Shown here: piece by piece, positions 49,262 to 59,989 of the stretch
How the letters are laid out: every line of letters starts with the position of its first letter
Numbering within the stretch: the first letter of the stretch is position 1
Assembly: GCA_044376115.1 (NCBI GenBank)
Contig: JBILLK010000014.1
Span: 32,001-96,000 of the forward strand
Direction: 5' to 3'
Length of the DNA: 64,000 bases
Source of the DNA: Polyangiaceae bacterium
GTDB lineage: Bacteria; Myxococcota_A; Polyangia; Polyangiales; Polyangiaceae
Position numbers and translations under genes: made by a program
The notes under the pieces: model-generated
What the model was told of the DNA's origin: nothing
Database searches by the model: none
Seen by the model: the letters and a program-made list of their open reading frames with translations, nothing else

Positions 49262-51124
49262 ATGCGGCTTGGAAGAACCCTTACCCTTCTCGCTTCCGTC
49301 TCTTTCATCCTGGCTGGTTGCTCCAGCGTCATCGTGGTTGACCCGTGTGAAGAGGGGGAGCTTTTCTGCACGGACGGCTGCACCGAGGTCCAAAGCGACC
49401 CACAGAACTGCGGAGCCTGCGGTGAGGTGTGCCCGAGCGGGCTCGCTTGCGTTGATGGCGTATGCAACGGCAACGCCTGCGGCGCCGGCCTGCTCGAGTG
49501 CAATGGGACCTGCATCGACGCGCAAAACGACTCGCAAAACTGCGGGGACTGCGACTCGGTCTGCGTGGACGGCACCGTGTGCGTTGCAGGCAGCTGCAAA
49601 GAAGGATGCGCCCCAGATTTAACTGAGTGTTCTGGTCAGTGTGTGAATCTCTCCACCGATCCGAACAACTGCGGAGACTGTGGCTTGCCTTGCTTCGACG
49701 GGGAGGTCTGCTCGGGTGGAATCTGCAGCACCGAATGTGCACCACCACTCGAGGAGTGCCTTGGCACGTGTGTGAATACGTCCACCGACGAGAACAACTG
49801 TGGGGGCTGCAACATCGAATGCCCGACCGGCTGGTCGTGTTTGAACTTCGCCTGCGAACCTCCTGCCTGCGATAATCCAACCTGCGGGCTTTTCTGCGAC
49901 CTGATCGAGCTACCGCAGGATCAGAGCTTCACCACCTTTGGCTCAACGTTCGGAAGTAACGACGTCTTTTCGCCAGCGTGTGCACCCACGATGGCGGGTG
50001 AGACCGTGTTTCGGTTTACCGCTCCCCAAGGCGGCCTGTATGAATTCGATACCATCGGCTCGTCCTACGACACCACCCTCTCGGTGCTCAACGCCAACTG
50101 CTCAACCATCGCCTGCAACGACGACACCTCCGGCGTCGATGCCGTGGTTTCGACGAACATCGCAGAGGGGGACACTGTGCTGTTGGTTGTCGACGGCTTC
50201 GAGAACGGAGACTTCCAGCTCAGCGGAGCATTCGTTCAAGGCTGCGAGGCGGGGCTCACGGTCTGCAATGGCGATTGTGTGGACACCCTAGCCGACGACG
50301 CAAACTGCGGGGACTGCAACATCGCGTGCGTCGTTGGGGATCACTGCATCAACGGTAACTGTGAATCCACCTGTTTGGTCGGCAGCTGCGGAACGTGCGG
50401 CGGGCAGCTCGCGCTGCAATCGGCAGTTCCGCAAACGGTCAACGGCACGATTGGGCAGCTCAATAGCGGACTATTCCCCAGTTGTGGGAACGGACCGACA
50501 ACGGAAGTCGGCCACACCTTTACCGCGCCCGAAGACGGTAACTACACATTCTCCACAGCCGGTTCGTTCGGACTGGATACGGTGTTAACGCTGCTCAGCG
50601 GAACCTGCACAGAGTTGGCCTGCGACGATAATTCGGGCCCTGGCAACTCAAGTCGCGTTCAGCGGAATCTAACCGCTGGAGAGAGCGTCACGATCGTCGT
50701 GGATGCGGCCTTTTCCGGCAACTACACGCTTTCGATAACGTCCGCTCCCGTGGCGCAATGTCCAACACAAGATCTTGGCACCACGGTTCCGCAAACCGTC
50801 TCTGGAAGTACCACGGGGCAAGGCAACAGCTTCACCCCAAGCTGCATAAGCTCGAATGCCCCGGACCAACAGTTCCTGTTCACTCCGCCGGCAACCGGAA
50901 ACTACCGTTTCAATACCGCCGGCTCCAGCTACGACACAGTCGTTTACGTACTAGGCGGAGCTTGCCAGGGGGGCTCACTTGCCTGCAATGATGACTTCAT
51001 GGGTTCAACCCAGGGGCAAGTAACCGTCAATCTGCAGCAAGGGGTACCGGTGACCGTCGTCGTCGACGGCTTTGGTAACAGCCAGGGCAACTTCCAACTA
51101 CAGATTCAGCAAGTAATGAACTGA
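49262..51124 (+). CDS. Cys-rich repeat lipoprotein with three PPC-like beta-sandwich domains
   Basis: Lipobox LAGC; repeated D..NCG.C modules; three FTAP..G.Y.F.T.GS..DT.L...ACNDD-type domains. Confidence 0.85.
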   Translation: MRLGRTLTLLASVSFILAGCSSVIVVDPCEEGELFCTDGCTEVQSDPQNCGACGEVCPSGLACVDGVCNGNACGAGLLECNGTCIDAQNDSQNCGDCDSVCVDGTVCVAGSCKEGCAPDLTECSGQCVNLSTDPNNCGDCGLPCFDGEVCSGGICSTECAPPLEECLGTCVNTSTDENNCGGCNIECPTGWSCLNFACEPPACDNPTCGLFCDLIELPQDQSFTTFGSTFGSNDVFSPACAPTMAGETVFRFTAPQGGLYEFDTIGSSYDTTLSVLNANCSTIACNDDTSGVDAVVSTNIAEGDTVLLVVDGFENGDFQLSGAFVQGCEAGLTVCNGDCVDTLADDANCGDCNIACVVGDHCINGNCESTCLVGSCGTCGGQLALQSAVPQTVNGTIGQLNSGLFPSCGNGPTTEVGHTFTAPEDGNYTFSTAGSFGLDTVLTLLSGTCTELACDDNSGPGNSSRVQRNLTAGESVTIVVDAAFSGNYTLSITSAPVAQCPTQDLGTTVPQTVSGSTTGQGNSFTPSCISSNAPDQQFLFTPPATGNYRFNTAGSSYDTVVYVLGGACQGGSLACNDDFMGSTQGQVTVNLQQGVPVTVVVDGFGNSQGNFQLQIQQVMN

Positions 51125-51130
51125 AACAGG

Positions 51131-51177
51131 TCGGGTGGATGGGTTCGCCCAACCCAATCCACCCGAGCGTTTCTTTT
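51131..51177 (+). terminator. Rho-independent terminator between convergent genes
   Basis: TCGGGTGGAT-GGGTT/AACCC-A-ATCCACCCGA hairpin followed by GCGTTTCTTTT. Confidence 0.7.
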
Positions 51178-51193
51178 GGTCTGCGACTCCGCT

Positions 51194-53059
51194 TCAGCGA
51201 ATCGGCGGTGGTTCGTAGATGACTTCCACGTCGGCGCCGCCAACGAGTGCGTATGAACCTGCCGAGCCGTAGCCATACGCAACAACGCCCACGCGTTCTG
51301 CAGACGTTATTGAGTGAACGCCGGTAGCAACAGGGCATTCTCGCGTTTCGTAAGCGACTGAGCCAACCATTCCAGCGGGCTCAACGTAACAGGAGGCCGT
51401 GGATCCACCGTCGAGAGTAACCTCCACACCAACTGGCACGGAGATTACCACGTAGTTCTGCGTCCAATTGGGCGGCGTGAGGATGAGGTAGTCCGAGCGG
51501 TACTGTTCTATCGGGGGGAAGATGGTCAGCGCCGGGTCTCCAAGCGACGGCCCATCCACGTAGCCCTGACTCACGAGCAACTGGCCAAGGATGAACGGCT
51601 TATCTCCCGTCGCCGTGAAGTTGTTCTGCGTCCAGGTGGTCTTCACTTCACCGGGTTGAAGCGTAAATTGATTGAAGGGCGCAGGAAGGCTCGTCGTGAT
51701 GTTGGCTGTCTCGGCCGCGCCAACAAAGCGAATCACGTCGGGCTCGCGGAATGAGGACGTTGAACGTACCGGGCTGCGATTGATGACGTAGTTTTTACCA
51801 ACCGACTCAAGCGGGAAGAGCTGGTCCTCGAGATGGTCCAGACAACAGTTACCGTTGTCGGAGGTCCACCCTGGCGGTTGCGGGACCTCGAGCCAGCCCG
51901 GAGCGCCGGTTGACTCGACCCCGGTGAATACGGCCACGGGCTTGTCCGAAGTCACAGCCGTGCCGCTGAGGTCGGCAACGGTCTGCACGTCATCGGCTGT
52001 CGTGCCATCGTCGGTCTCGAGGTTGAGCACGTCAAACGGCCCGAGGGTCACCGTGATTTCGCCACCAGCGGGAGTTGCATCAATGGGAGGGTTGCCCTTG
52101 ATCCTCCAGCTCGGATTGACGATTACGGTGGTGCCAGGCTCTGTGCCGACCACCGTTACGTAGGAACGGTCCAGCGGCAGATCGAAGCCGCCGAAATCAA
52201 GCTTGATTGGATGACCTGCGTTCCAACCGAGGACCCGGTATTTGGTGCCCAGCGCCTTCGTCGGAAGGAGCAGCGAGGCGTCATTGGAGTAGGTGTTCTC
52301 GAAGACGTTGAACTGATAGGCAATGATCGGTGCCGAAGCGGTAATGCGGAATGCTCTCGAGGAGAGGCATGTCCCCGGTGACGCATAGTCATTAGGCATC
52401 GTGCCGCAGTCGAGCTCTCGCGTTGGCATGTTGAGCGCCAACAGCGACTGCGGCGGGACCGTCTCCTGCGCTACGACCGTGAGTTGCTGCGGCTCACCGT
52501 AGGGAGCCTCATTGATCTCGATGGTGATGTTCGCCGCGACGTTGCCGGTGTTCGAAAAAGCGAGCCCCCACGGCTCTGAAGCCGGGTCATTGAAGCCGTC
52601 TTGCTGATCCAGGTCGACGGCCCAAAACTGGCAACCAACGTTAGAGGGCGAATCTGCGGCGATCTCACAGGCGGTCTTGCAGACGCCATTGTCACAGGTC
52701 AAACCCGCATTGACGTCGCAGGTCTCTACGAGAGGACCGTTCGGCGTCCCATCCTCGGAGCACTGGTGCACCTCATTGCCTACACAACCCGTTTCACCTG
52801 GGATGCACTCAACGCAGCCAGCTCCAGGCGCACATTGCTGGGGACAGGGAATCGGTTCACCAGGAGTGCCATCGGGGTTGCAGGGCGTGTACGCGTCCCC
52901 GAAGCAGCTGTCACAAATCGCGATTGAGCCACCGCCTCCGCCCAGGCCCGTGGCCCCGGTACCGCTGCCCGCAGTGCCACCGTTCCCATCAGGGTCGTTC
53001 CCTGCCGAACAAGCGGCGGCCAGGATGAATGCAACTACGGGTGAGTAAGGCAAGCGCAT
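51194..53059 (-). CDS. IgGFc-binding-domain lipoprotein
   Basis: SD GGAGG, lipobox LAAAC, SNVGCQFWAVDL, SNDASLLLP..ALG, DHLEDQ, GSYALVGG. Confidence 0.85.
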   Translation of the reverse strand: MRLPYSPVVAFILAAACSAGNDPDGNGGTAGSGTGATGLGGGGGSIAICDSCFGDAYTPCNPDGTPGEPIPCPQQCAPGAGCVECIPGETGCVGNEVHQCSEDGTPNGPLVETCDVNAGLTCDNGVCKTACEIAADSPSNVGCQFWAVDLDQQDGFNDPASEPWGLAFSNTGNVAANITIEINEAPYGEPQQLTVVAQETVPPQSLLALNMPTRELDCGTMPNDYASPGTCLSSRAFRITASAPIIAYQFNVFENTYSNDASLLLPTKALGTKYRVLGWNAGHPIKLDFGGFDLPLDRSYVTVVGTEPGTTVIVNPSWRIKGNPPIDATPAGGEITVTLGPFDVLNLETDDGTTADDVQTVADLSGTAVTSDKPVAVFTGVESTGAPGWLEVPQPPGWTSDNGNCCLDHLEDQLFPLESVGKNYVINRSPVRSTSSFREPDVIRFVGAAETANITTSLPAPFNQFTLQPGEVKTTWTQNNFTATGDKPFILGQLLVSQGYVDGPSLGDPALTIFPPIEQYRSDYLILTPPNWTQNYVVISVPVGVEVTLDGGSTASCYVEPAGMVGSVAYETRECPVATGVHSITSAERVGVVAYGYGSAGSYALVGGADVEVIYEPPPIR

Positions 53060-53241
53060 CAGTTCCTCCAAGGCTCCAGAATCGCGTGAAAAGCCTTACT
53101 GCACTGCGGCCTCGCGGCAAGGCTCTTTGCGTCTTCCGTGAGCGGTTTAGCCCACGAGGCGCCGCGTGAGCGATTCAGGCCCTCCGCTTTCAAGCATGGC
53201 GGCAAGCCTCGACCAACGTATTGCTGCTACGCTCGCCGCGA

Positions 53242-54480
53242 GTGCCGACGAACGAGGTAGCTGAGGAGCCTGAGGGGACTCTACTTTGTGGTCGCTACGA
53301 GCTCGGTCCAGTGCTTGGCAAGGGTGGGATGGCGACGGTCCATCGAGGATGGGACCGTCAACTCCAACGCACGGTTGCGATCAAGCTACTTTCAGATCCA
53401 AGTCAGTCGGAGCGCTTTTTGTCAGAGGGCAGGCGCACGGCGAAGATCAAACACTCAAGCGTCGTTTCTATCTTCGATACTGGGCAAGACCGCACGTCCT
53501 CCTTCATGGTGATGGAGCTCTTGGAGGGCGAGACCCTGGAACGCCGACTTGCGCGCGACGGCGCGCTGCCTGTCGCAGAGGTTGCGCGCATCGGTGCCAG
53601 CGTCTGCGAAGCGCTTGCTGCGGCGCATGAACTGGGGATCGTTCACCGGGACATCAAGCCAGCCAACGTCTTCCTAGTCACCAATGACGCAGCGCAGCCA
53701 GACGTGAAGGTGCTCGACTTTGGCGTAGCAAAACAGATCGACAGCTCTACCTTGGAGACCGACCCTGGCGTGCTCGTGGGGACCTTTATCACCATGTCGC
53801 CGGAGCAGATCCGCGGCGAAGCACTCGATGGCCGGTCAGACCTCTATTCGTTGGGGATAACGCTCTACCGCGCAGCTAGCGGCCGCTGGCCCTTCAAGCA
53901 AGACACCGTGGCTGGGCTGCTCTTTGCGCATATCAGCGTAAAGCCAAGCCCATTGCCGGGTAGCGACGCGAGCCCCGAGTTCTCGCGACTTTCGCTCCTA
54001 CTCGAAAGGCTACTTGCAAAACAGCGTTCGGACCGACCCAATGACGCCAAGACGGCGCGAACGGAACTGCTGGGTCTCTTCGACGCAGAACCGCCTGCCG
54101 CCGAGGCTGGGCCGGAGCTGCCACCCGTGCCAAACCTGGCGTGGGAGACGCGCAATGAACTCGCCTTGGAAGTCGCTGCTTCCAACCCCACGCTAGGCGA
54201 GCTTGCGCCCACGCTCGAGGTGGATCGTGGGCGCCAGTCCGAGAAAGCACAAACGCTGTATCAACCAGGGCTTCTGCATGGAGAGGGGCGAACCTCCCGA
54301 AATCCCAGCCTGCTTGCGTCCGTACCGCCGGGAATCGCCAAACGAGTAGCCGCCTATCCTGCGCTTTTGTTGGTGCTGCTCCTCGCCCTCTTTCGTGTCT
54401 CCACGTGGGTGCTGGTGGCGCTTGGCTTGATTTCGCTCTTTGGGCTCGTCGCGTACCTTGCCGGCTCGCGCGAGAGCTAA
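53242..54480 (+). CDS. Ser/Thr protein kinase with C-terminal TM segments
   Basis: LGKGGMATV, VAIK, HRDIKPAN, DFG, MSPE, DLYSLG. Confidence 0.92.
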   Translation: MPTNEVAEEPEGTLLCGRYELGPVLGKGGMATVHRGWDRQLQRTVAIKLLSDPSQSERFLSEGRRTAKIKHSSVVSIFDTGQDRTSSFMVMELLEGETLERRLARDGALPVAEVARIGASVCEALAAAHELGIVHRDIKPANVFLVTNDAAQPDVKVLDFGVAKQIDSSTLETDPGVLVGTFITMSPEQIRGEALDGRSDLYSLGITLYRAASGRWPFKQDTVAGLLFAHISVKPSPLPGSDASPEFSRLSLLLERLLAKQRSDRPNDAKTARTELLGLFDAEPPAAEAGPELPPVPNLAWETRNELALEVAASNPTLGELAPTLEVDRGRQSEKAQTLYQPGLLHGEGRTSRNPSLLASVPPGIAKRVAAYPALLLVLLLALFRVSTWVLVALGLISLFGLVAYLAGSRES

Positions 54481-55796
54481 CGTGGTGCTCGCAAACCGTA
54501 GCGTTTGAGCAACGCGATCAAATATGGCCTATCCATCTGGGCCCGTCGGGCAGCCTCCGACACGTTGTCTGAGGAGGCAGCCAGCAGCGCGGACAGGTAG
54601 TTGCGCTCGAAAGCGGCGACGGCCTCGGCCTTAGCGTCACGATACCGCACTGTCTCGGAAGTGGTCGATGAGGGAGGGTTGGCCGTCACTAGGTCCGCTC
54701 TATCGGTCAATCCAAGTTCACTTGCACCAAACGAAACCACGCGTTCGACCATCGCTCGCAGCTCGCGCGCATTGCCCGGCCAACTTCGCGCCGCGAGCAC
54801 GGCAACGACCTCCTCATCCAACGCACCAGGATCACCAGTAAGGTCCCGCACGAAGTAACGGGCAAGAGGCGCAATATCCTCCTTGCGCTCCCGCAGCGGA
54901 GGCAGCCAAAGGCTCGCTCCGGCCAATCGATAATAGAGGTCGGCGCGAAACGTCCCGCGATTGACCTCATAACGAAGGTCGCGATTGGTCGCACTCAGCA
55001 CGCGAACGTCGACGCTCTGGTCTCGCTCCGCGCCAACTCGTCGAAACCGCTTCCGTTCGAGTACCCCGAGCAAAGCGGCCTGCGCAGGCGCCGGGAGCTC
55101 GCCTATCTCGTCCAGGAAGATGCAGCCGCCGTCTGCCCGTTCAAACGCTCCAGCACGCGCCCGCTCTGCCCCAGTGTACGCGCCGCGTTCATGACCGAAC
55201 AGCTCAGCCTCGAGCAACGTCGACGGCAGCGCGCCACAATCGACCACCACCAACGGACCTGCGCGACGCGGCCCGAGTTCATGGAGCGCCCGAGCGATCA
55301 GCTCTTTACCGGTGCCGGTCTCGCCGGAGATCAACACTGGCGAGTTCGCCGAGGCGAGGGCATGGGTGCGCCGAACGACCTCTCGCATAGCGTCGCTGGC
55401 GAACACCATCCCCGGCAACTCCAAGGTGGTCGCTGCGCTATGCAACTGCGAGCCAGCTGCATCGACCACGATCACGGTATTCCCAAGGCGCAGTTGAGTG
55501 CCTCGCGGCAGAAACGCTGACTCGAGCCGGACGCTGCCGAGATACGTACCGTTGGTGCTACCCAAGTCCGTTAGGTGCAGGCCTCCCTTTGTTGGCGCAA
55601 TCTCCAGGTGATAGCGACTCACCGTTGGGTCCGTAAGCGTCAGCGAGTTACCGTCAGCGCTGCCAACGCTCGCGCACTCGCCACCGGCTAGTTCAAGGAG
55701 CCGACCAGCGTCAGGGCCGCGCGCGACGGCGATGGTAACGGCAGAGATTGCGTCCAGCGTCCGCTGGCTACCGCCGATGCGCGTCGAGTCATCCAT
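54477..55796 (-). CDS. FHA-AAA+-Fis sigma54 activator
   Basis: VSRYH...[39 protein letters not shown]. Confidence 0.92.
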   Translation of the reverse strand: MDDSTRIGGSQRTLDAISAVTIAVARGPDAGRLLELAGGECASVGSADGNSLTLTDPTVSRYHLEIAPTKGGLHLTDLGSTNGTYLGSVRLESAFLPRGTQLRLGNTVIVVDAAGSQLHSAATTLELPGMVFASDAMREVVRRTHALASANSPVLISGETGTGKELIARALHELGPRRAGPLVVVDCGALPSTLLEAELFGHERGAYTGAERARAGAFERADGGCIFLDEIGELPAPAQAALLGVLERKRFRRVGAERDQSVDVRVLSATNRDLRYEVNRGTFRADLYYRLAGASLWLPPLRERKEDIAPLARYFVRDLTGDPGALDEEVVAVLAARSWPGNARELRAMVERVVSFGASELGLTDRADLVTANPPSSTTSETVRYRDAKAEAVAAFERNYLSALLAASSDNVSEAARRAQMDRPYLIALLKRYGLRAPR

Positions 55797-55798
55797 CG

Positions 55799-56419
55799 CT
55801 AGAGATTAGCGCCAGGCTGCCGCTTGATTCCGTGTTTCGCCATCGCGCGGTTGAGAGTGATTCCGCTTGGGTCGAAGCCCTCCATCACCTCGTCACCGAC
55901 CACGAACGTGGGCACTACGAGCCGCGCGTTGAGGTATTCCATCTCCGCTACAGCCGTTGGGTCCGAGTCGATTGGACGAGCCACGTAGGGAATACCCTGT
56001 GCGTCCATATGCTGCTTAGCGAGCGAGCAAGCCCCGCACCCTTGCATCGTGTAAACCACGAGCTGCCCCGGATAGCGTTGCGAGATGGTGGTGGCGGCAA
56101 GCTTGCTGAGCCTTTCTGCACGCGTTGAACGCCAATAGCCAAAGCCCGCGAGGCTGAGTAGCGCGATGAAAGCAGCTAGGGCGGTGATCCACCTCCTGCG
56201 CGCCAGGCGAGCCGCCGCGACGGTGCGCTCATGCGAGCACTGGGCACAGTCACCGCTGGCATCCATCGGGAGACCGTGAGTCACGCATGTTCGGAACGAA
56301 GAGGCTGGAAAGCCGGAGAAGCTGCGAGCGGGCGCGGCCAACGGGGCTGCGTGCGCAGCCTGGCCATCCACTTCAAGCAGCAGGGGAGACTCTTCACTCG
56401 GGGCTTCGATCATCCGCAT
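55799..56419 (-). CDS. Membrane-anchored glutaredoxin-like protein
   Basis: CVTHG...CAQC, a TM, then VYTMQGCGAC...VPTFVVGD...GF. Start uncertain. Confidence 0.7.
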   Translation of the reverse strand: MRMIEAPSEESPLLLEVDGQAAHAAPLAAPARSFSGFPASSFRTCVTHGLPMDASGDCAQCSHERTVAAARLARRRWITALAAFIALLSLAGFGYWRSTRAERLSKLAATTISQRYPGQLVVYTMQGCGACSLAKQHMDAQGIPYVARPIDSDPTAVAEMEYLNARLVVPTFVVGDEVMEGFDPSGITLNRAMAKHGIKRQPGANL

Positions 56420-56534
56420 AAGCGGCCTTTCGCAACATTCGAGCCATCTGGTCGATACGAATTTGTAGTCAGATTCACGGGGCAAGCTGTTGGTAGCGGC
56501 CACCCTGTTGGCTCGCCCCAACAGGGTGGGCCGA

Positions 56535-58049
56535 TCATCCCGGCGCAATAATCAGCGTTCTTGGTTGCACCTCCAGGTGCCCGTTGAGCAACGCGTGGGC
56601 AACCTGCTTGGCCAAGGCCTGGGGTGATTCGGTTGAGGCGCCGGCCGCAAGGTGACGATCGATCGCTGCACGGACCGTGGCGGGTTGACTGAATCGCGCG
56701 TAGAGCGCCATCAATTCGCTCGTTACCTCGATCGGGCCGAGCATCGCCTCAGGCGCCAACTCGAGGCGAACGCTGCTCCCCATATCGAACGAGGTTGCAC
56801 CCTCTGGCAAGCAAACGATCGAATCGAGCAGCGAGTCGATCGAGCGCACGGCCTCCCGCGCGAGGAGCATAGCGTCGAGGCGCCGCGAGTTCGCGGTGGC
56901 GATCGTATTTCCGCGTAAGACCTCGAAGCGCGGGCGGCGATCGTCCACGCGGCGTAGGACCACGAGCGAAGGCACGAGCTCGTCGATGCCCATCGTGACG
57001 CCGTGGTTGAGTCTGCGCGTCGCTTCGCGTTCGTAAGCGTCACCAAGCGTCGGGTGAAGCGCCGCCGAATACTCAGCAGCATGGACCTCCATCCGAACGG
57101 GCGCGTACTCGAACAGCATCACGTCGGCAGGGACGTTCGGCAGCTGCTTCTTCACGCGCTCGCCCGGCGCTGCATGGCGAGGTCCATGCCCCCACTCGGC
57201 GACGATCACGGCTCGACCGCCAGGCACGAGATGGTCGGGCAGCGCGTCCAAGAGCGAAAGCACGAGCTCGTCGCCGAGCTTACCGCCGCTCATGAAGTCA
57301 CCGCTGCGCGCATCGTCGGACTGCGGAATGAACGGAGGTTGTGAGGCGACCAGGTCGAAGCGGTCGCGAGCGACTGGCTCGAACAAGCTCCCGAGGCGAA
57401 CGTCGACGTTGCTCACGCCGTTGAACCGGGCGTTGAACCGAGTCATCGCCACCGCGCGCGGGTTGATGTCGGTAGCGATCACGCTCACCGTGCGACGAGC
57501 GAGCAGTAAGGCGACCACGCCCGCACCACACCCGAGGTCCAATGCCTTGCCAAGAGCGCCAGCGGGCTTGACCGCAGCGCAAAGCGGAATGGTCAAAGGG
57601 CCGAGCCCCATCACCGCTTCACCAGCGTGCTCGAGCAAGTCGGCTATACAGAAGAGGCCGTCCACGACCGACATGGTGAAGGGCGAGACGAAGCCCGCAC
57701 CGACCTCACGGATCAGCCCGCTTGCGACGAGCGGCGCTGCGAGTTCGCCGAACGTCTGACGAAGTTCAGCGTGCTCGATCGGGTCGCCAAACATGAGCGC
57801 GCGCGCCGCGTAGGCGTACGGCTCGGCGAGCGCTCGGAGGTGATGGTGGAGCACCGGCCGACGAAGCAGCGGGTGCACGCCGCGCGCCGCCCCGAGGATT
57901 GGCTCGATCGCGCCCGCAGTCAGCCCGACCGCCGCAAGGCGCGCCTTGAGCTTGACCAAAATGGTGTCGTCGAGAGCGTCGATGGGAGAAAAATCGGGCA
58001 GGGTCACGGCAGCATCGTCGCGCGAAGCACTGCAAGGTTGCAATGACAT
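56535..58049 (-). CDS. Class I SAM-dependent methyltransferase (MTS/HemK-like)
   Basis: ALDLGCGAG, ATDINPRA, SQPPF (NPPF-like). Confidence 0.85.
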   Translation of the reverse strand: MSLQPCSASRDDAAVTLPDFSPIDALDDTILVKLKARLAAVGLTAGAIEPILGAARGVHPLLRRPVLHHHLRALAEPYAYAARALMFGDPIEHAELRQTFGELAAPLVASGLIREVGAGFVSPFTMSVVDGLFCIADLLEHAGEAVMGLGPLTIPLCAAVKPAGALGKALDLGCGAGVVALLLARRTVSVIATDINPRAVAMTRFNARFNGVSNVDVRLGSLFEPVARDRFDLVASQPPFIPQSDDARSGDFMSGGKLGDELVLSLLDALPDHLVPGGRAVIVAEWGHGPRHAAPGERVKKQLPNVPADVMLFEYAPVRMEVHAAEYSAALHPTLGDAYEREATRRLNHGVTMGIDELVPSLVVLRRVDDRRPRFEVLRGNTIATANSRRLDAMLLAREAVRSIDSLLDSIVCLPEGATSFDMGSSVRLELAPEAMLGPIEVTSELMALYARFSQPATVRAAIDRHLAAGASTESPQALAKQVAHALLNGHLEVQPRTLIIAPG

Positions 58050-58240
58050 GCTTGTGCGATCGAGCGCGCGTCTTGTCGTTCGGGCCTACTTCATAAGCGG
58101 GCTCCGCATTGCGCGTTTGCAAGGCCGCATTGCGATTCCGAAAGCCTCGATTTGATTCACCCTTTTCGAGCTGCGGGGTCCAATCCTCCAATTGCTGGCG
58201 GTCGCATTTACTGCCAACGTCGGGTCTTTCCGGAGGAACG

Positions 58241-59989
58241 ATGAACCAACCCGCCCTGCACCGCGAACCACAAGAGGACATCACGCTGGTTGAGACTGCC
58301 GCACTCAAACCGGGGACCTTGGTCGCTGGAAAGTACGTGGTGGGACGCTTCGTCGGAGCGGGGGGGATGGCGCAAGTCTTCGAGGCTGTGAACCAAGACT
58401 TGGACGAGCGCGTCGCCCTCAAGGTGATGCGACCGAACTTCCGAGCTGACAGTGGCTTCACCGAAAAGTTCCGAGCGGAGGCCCGCGCAGCAGCGCGCAT
58501 TCGCAGCGAGAACGTGGCGCGCGTGTTCGACGTTGTCTCCACCGACGATGGAGATCCGGTGATCGTGATGGAGTACCTCGACGGTGAAGACCTGCGTTCC
58601 TGGACGCAGACCAATGGAGGCCCGTCACTCGAGGTAGCAGCGGGCTGGGTGATCGAAGCCTGCTCTGGTCTCGCAGTGGCGCACGCCAACGGCATCGTGC
58701 ATCGCGATGTGAAGCCTGAGAACCTGTTCTTGGCTGATGAGATTGGGGGGCGCACCGTCGTCAAGCTGCTCGATTTCGGTATCTCGCGAGCTGCACTTGC
58801 ACACAACCCGATGAAGCCGGGCTCGGGTCAGCACGGGAACTTTCGCCTGCTCGGAACGCCGAGCTACATGGCGCCAGAACAAATCACCTCTTCCCGCGCA
58901 GCGGACTGCCGCTTGGATGTGTGGTCGGTGGGAGTCCTGCTGTTCGAGCTGTTTGCGGGGATTACGCCCTTCGAGAAAGAAACGCCGGAGGCGACGTGCA
59001 TGGCGATCCTCAACGGCGACCGTCGGGATCTAAGGGTTCTTTGCCCAACGTTGCCGATCGAGATGGTGGAGATCATCGAACGCTGCTTGTGCATCAAGCC
59101 GCAGGGCCGCTATCCGAGCGTGGCAGATCTTGCGGTCGACCTTCATCCGTTCGCACGTCCACAGGACAGAACCTCGGTCAGTCGAACCGTGCGTCTGCTG
59201 CGCTCCGCCGGCCTCACGGAGGCCTTGGAGCCCGCGAACAACAATGACGAGCCGCGACTCAGCGTCTCGGGCTCCCAGCCTGTAGCGGCCATCCCAAGTG
59301 CTCCGGCGCCGACGGCCTCCACCGGCCCTGGCGGTTCTGCGAGCCCGAGTTCGGAATTGCCACACCCTGGAGCGCTCATGACGTCCTCTCCGCCGCTCAC
59401 CACCGTTTCAGCTCAACCGCCCGAGAAGAAGAGCCGGGGCGGACTGTTCGTGGGGCTCGCAGCCGTCGTCCTCCTGCTTGGCGCAGTTGGTTTCTTTGCG
59501 CTTCGCTCAAAGCCCGTGGAGAGTGCACAAGCGCCCGCGCCGGCGGCGGCGACCAGCGTTGCGGTGGAGGTCGTATCCGAGCCTGTTGGTGCGTCCATTT
59601 TGATCGACGGCATGGCAGTTGGTGAAGCGCCCTACCGAGCGAAGCTCCAACCCGGGAAACACGAAGTCACGCTTTCAATGAGCGGATACGAAAGCTCCAC
59701 GCGCATCGTTGAAGCTCGCCCCGACATCGAAGGGACGACGCTCAAGTTCGCGTTGAGGTCAGCCGGTGGGGTAGCCAAGCCGGAGCTCGCGTCCAAAACC
59801 AACGAGCAAGCCGAGCGTGAGAGTACAGCGCCCTCCGATTCGAAGAAGAAATCCAAGTCAGTTGCCGCAGCCGCAGCTGCAGCTGCGCCTGCCCCGGCCC
59901 CCGCGCCGCAGCAGACCAGCGCTCCGACTGCTCCACCGACGGTGAAGCTGATCACCGACGGGCCCTCTGCAGTGAAGGTCATTCAATGA
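58241..59989 (+). CDS. Transmembrane Ser/Thr kinase with PEGA domain
   Basis: SD GGAGG; HRDVKPEN, DFG, GTPSYMAPE, TM, PEGA (VVSEPVGASILIDG...PGKHEVTL). Confidence 0.92.
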   Translation: MNQPALHREPQEDITLVETAALKPGTLVAGKYVVGRFVGAGGMAQVFEAVNQDLDERVALKVMRPNFRADSGFTEKFRAEARAAARIRSENVARVFDVVSTDDGDPVIVMEYLDGEDLRSWTQTNGGPSLEVAAGWVIEACSGLAVAHANGIVHRDVKPENLFLADEIGGRTVVKLLDFGISRAALAHNPMKPGSGQHGNFRLLGTPSYMAPEQITSSRAADCRLDVWSVGVLLFELFAGITPFEKETPEATCMAILNGDRRDLRVLCPTLPIEMVEIIERCLCIKPQGRYPSVADLAVDLHPFARPQDRTSVSRTVRLLRSAGLTEALEPANNNDEPRLSVSGSQPVAAIPSAPAPTASTGPGGSASPSSELPHPGALMTSSPPLTTVSAQPPEKKSRGGLFVGLAAVVLLLGAVGFFALRSKPVESAQAPAPAAATSVAVEVVSEPVGASILIDGMAVGEAPYRAKLQPGKHEVTLSMSGYESSTRIVEARPDIEGTTLKFALRSAGGVAKPELASKTNEQAERESTAPSDSKKKSKSVAAAAAAAAPAPAPAPQQTSAPTAPPTVKLITDGPSAVKVIQ

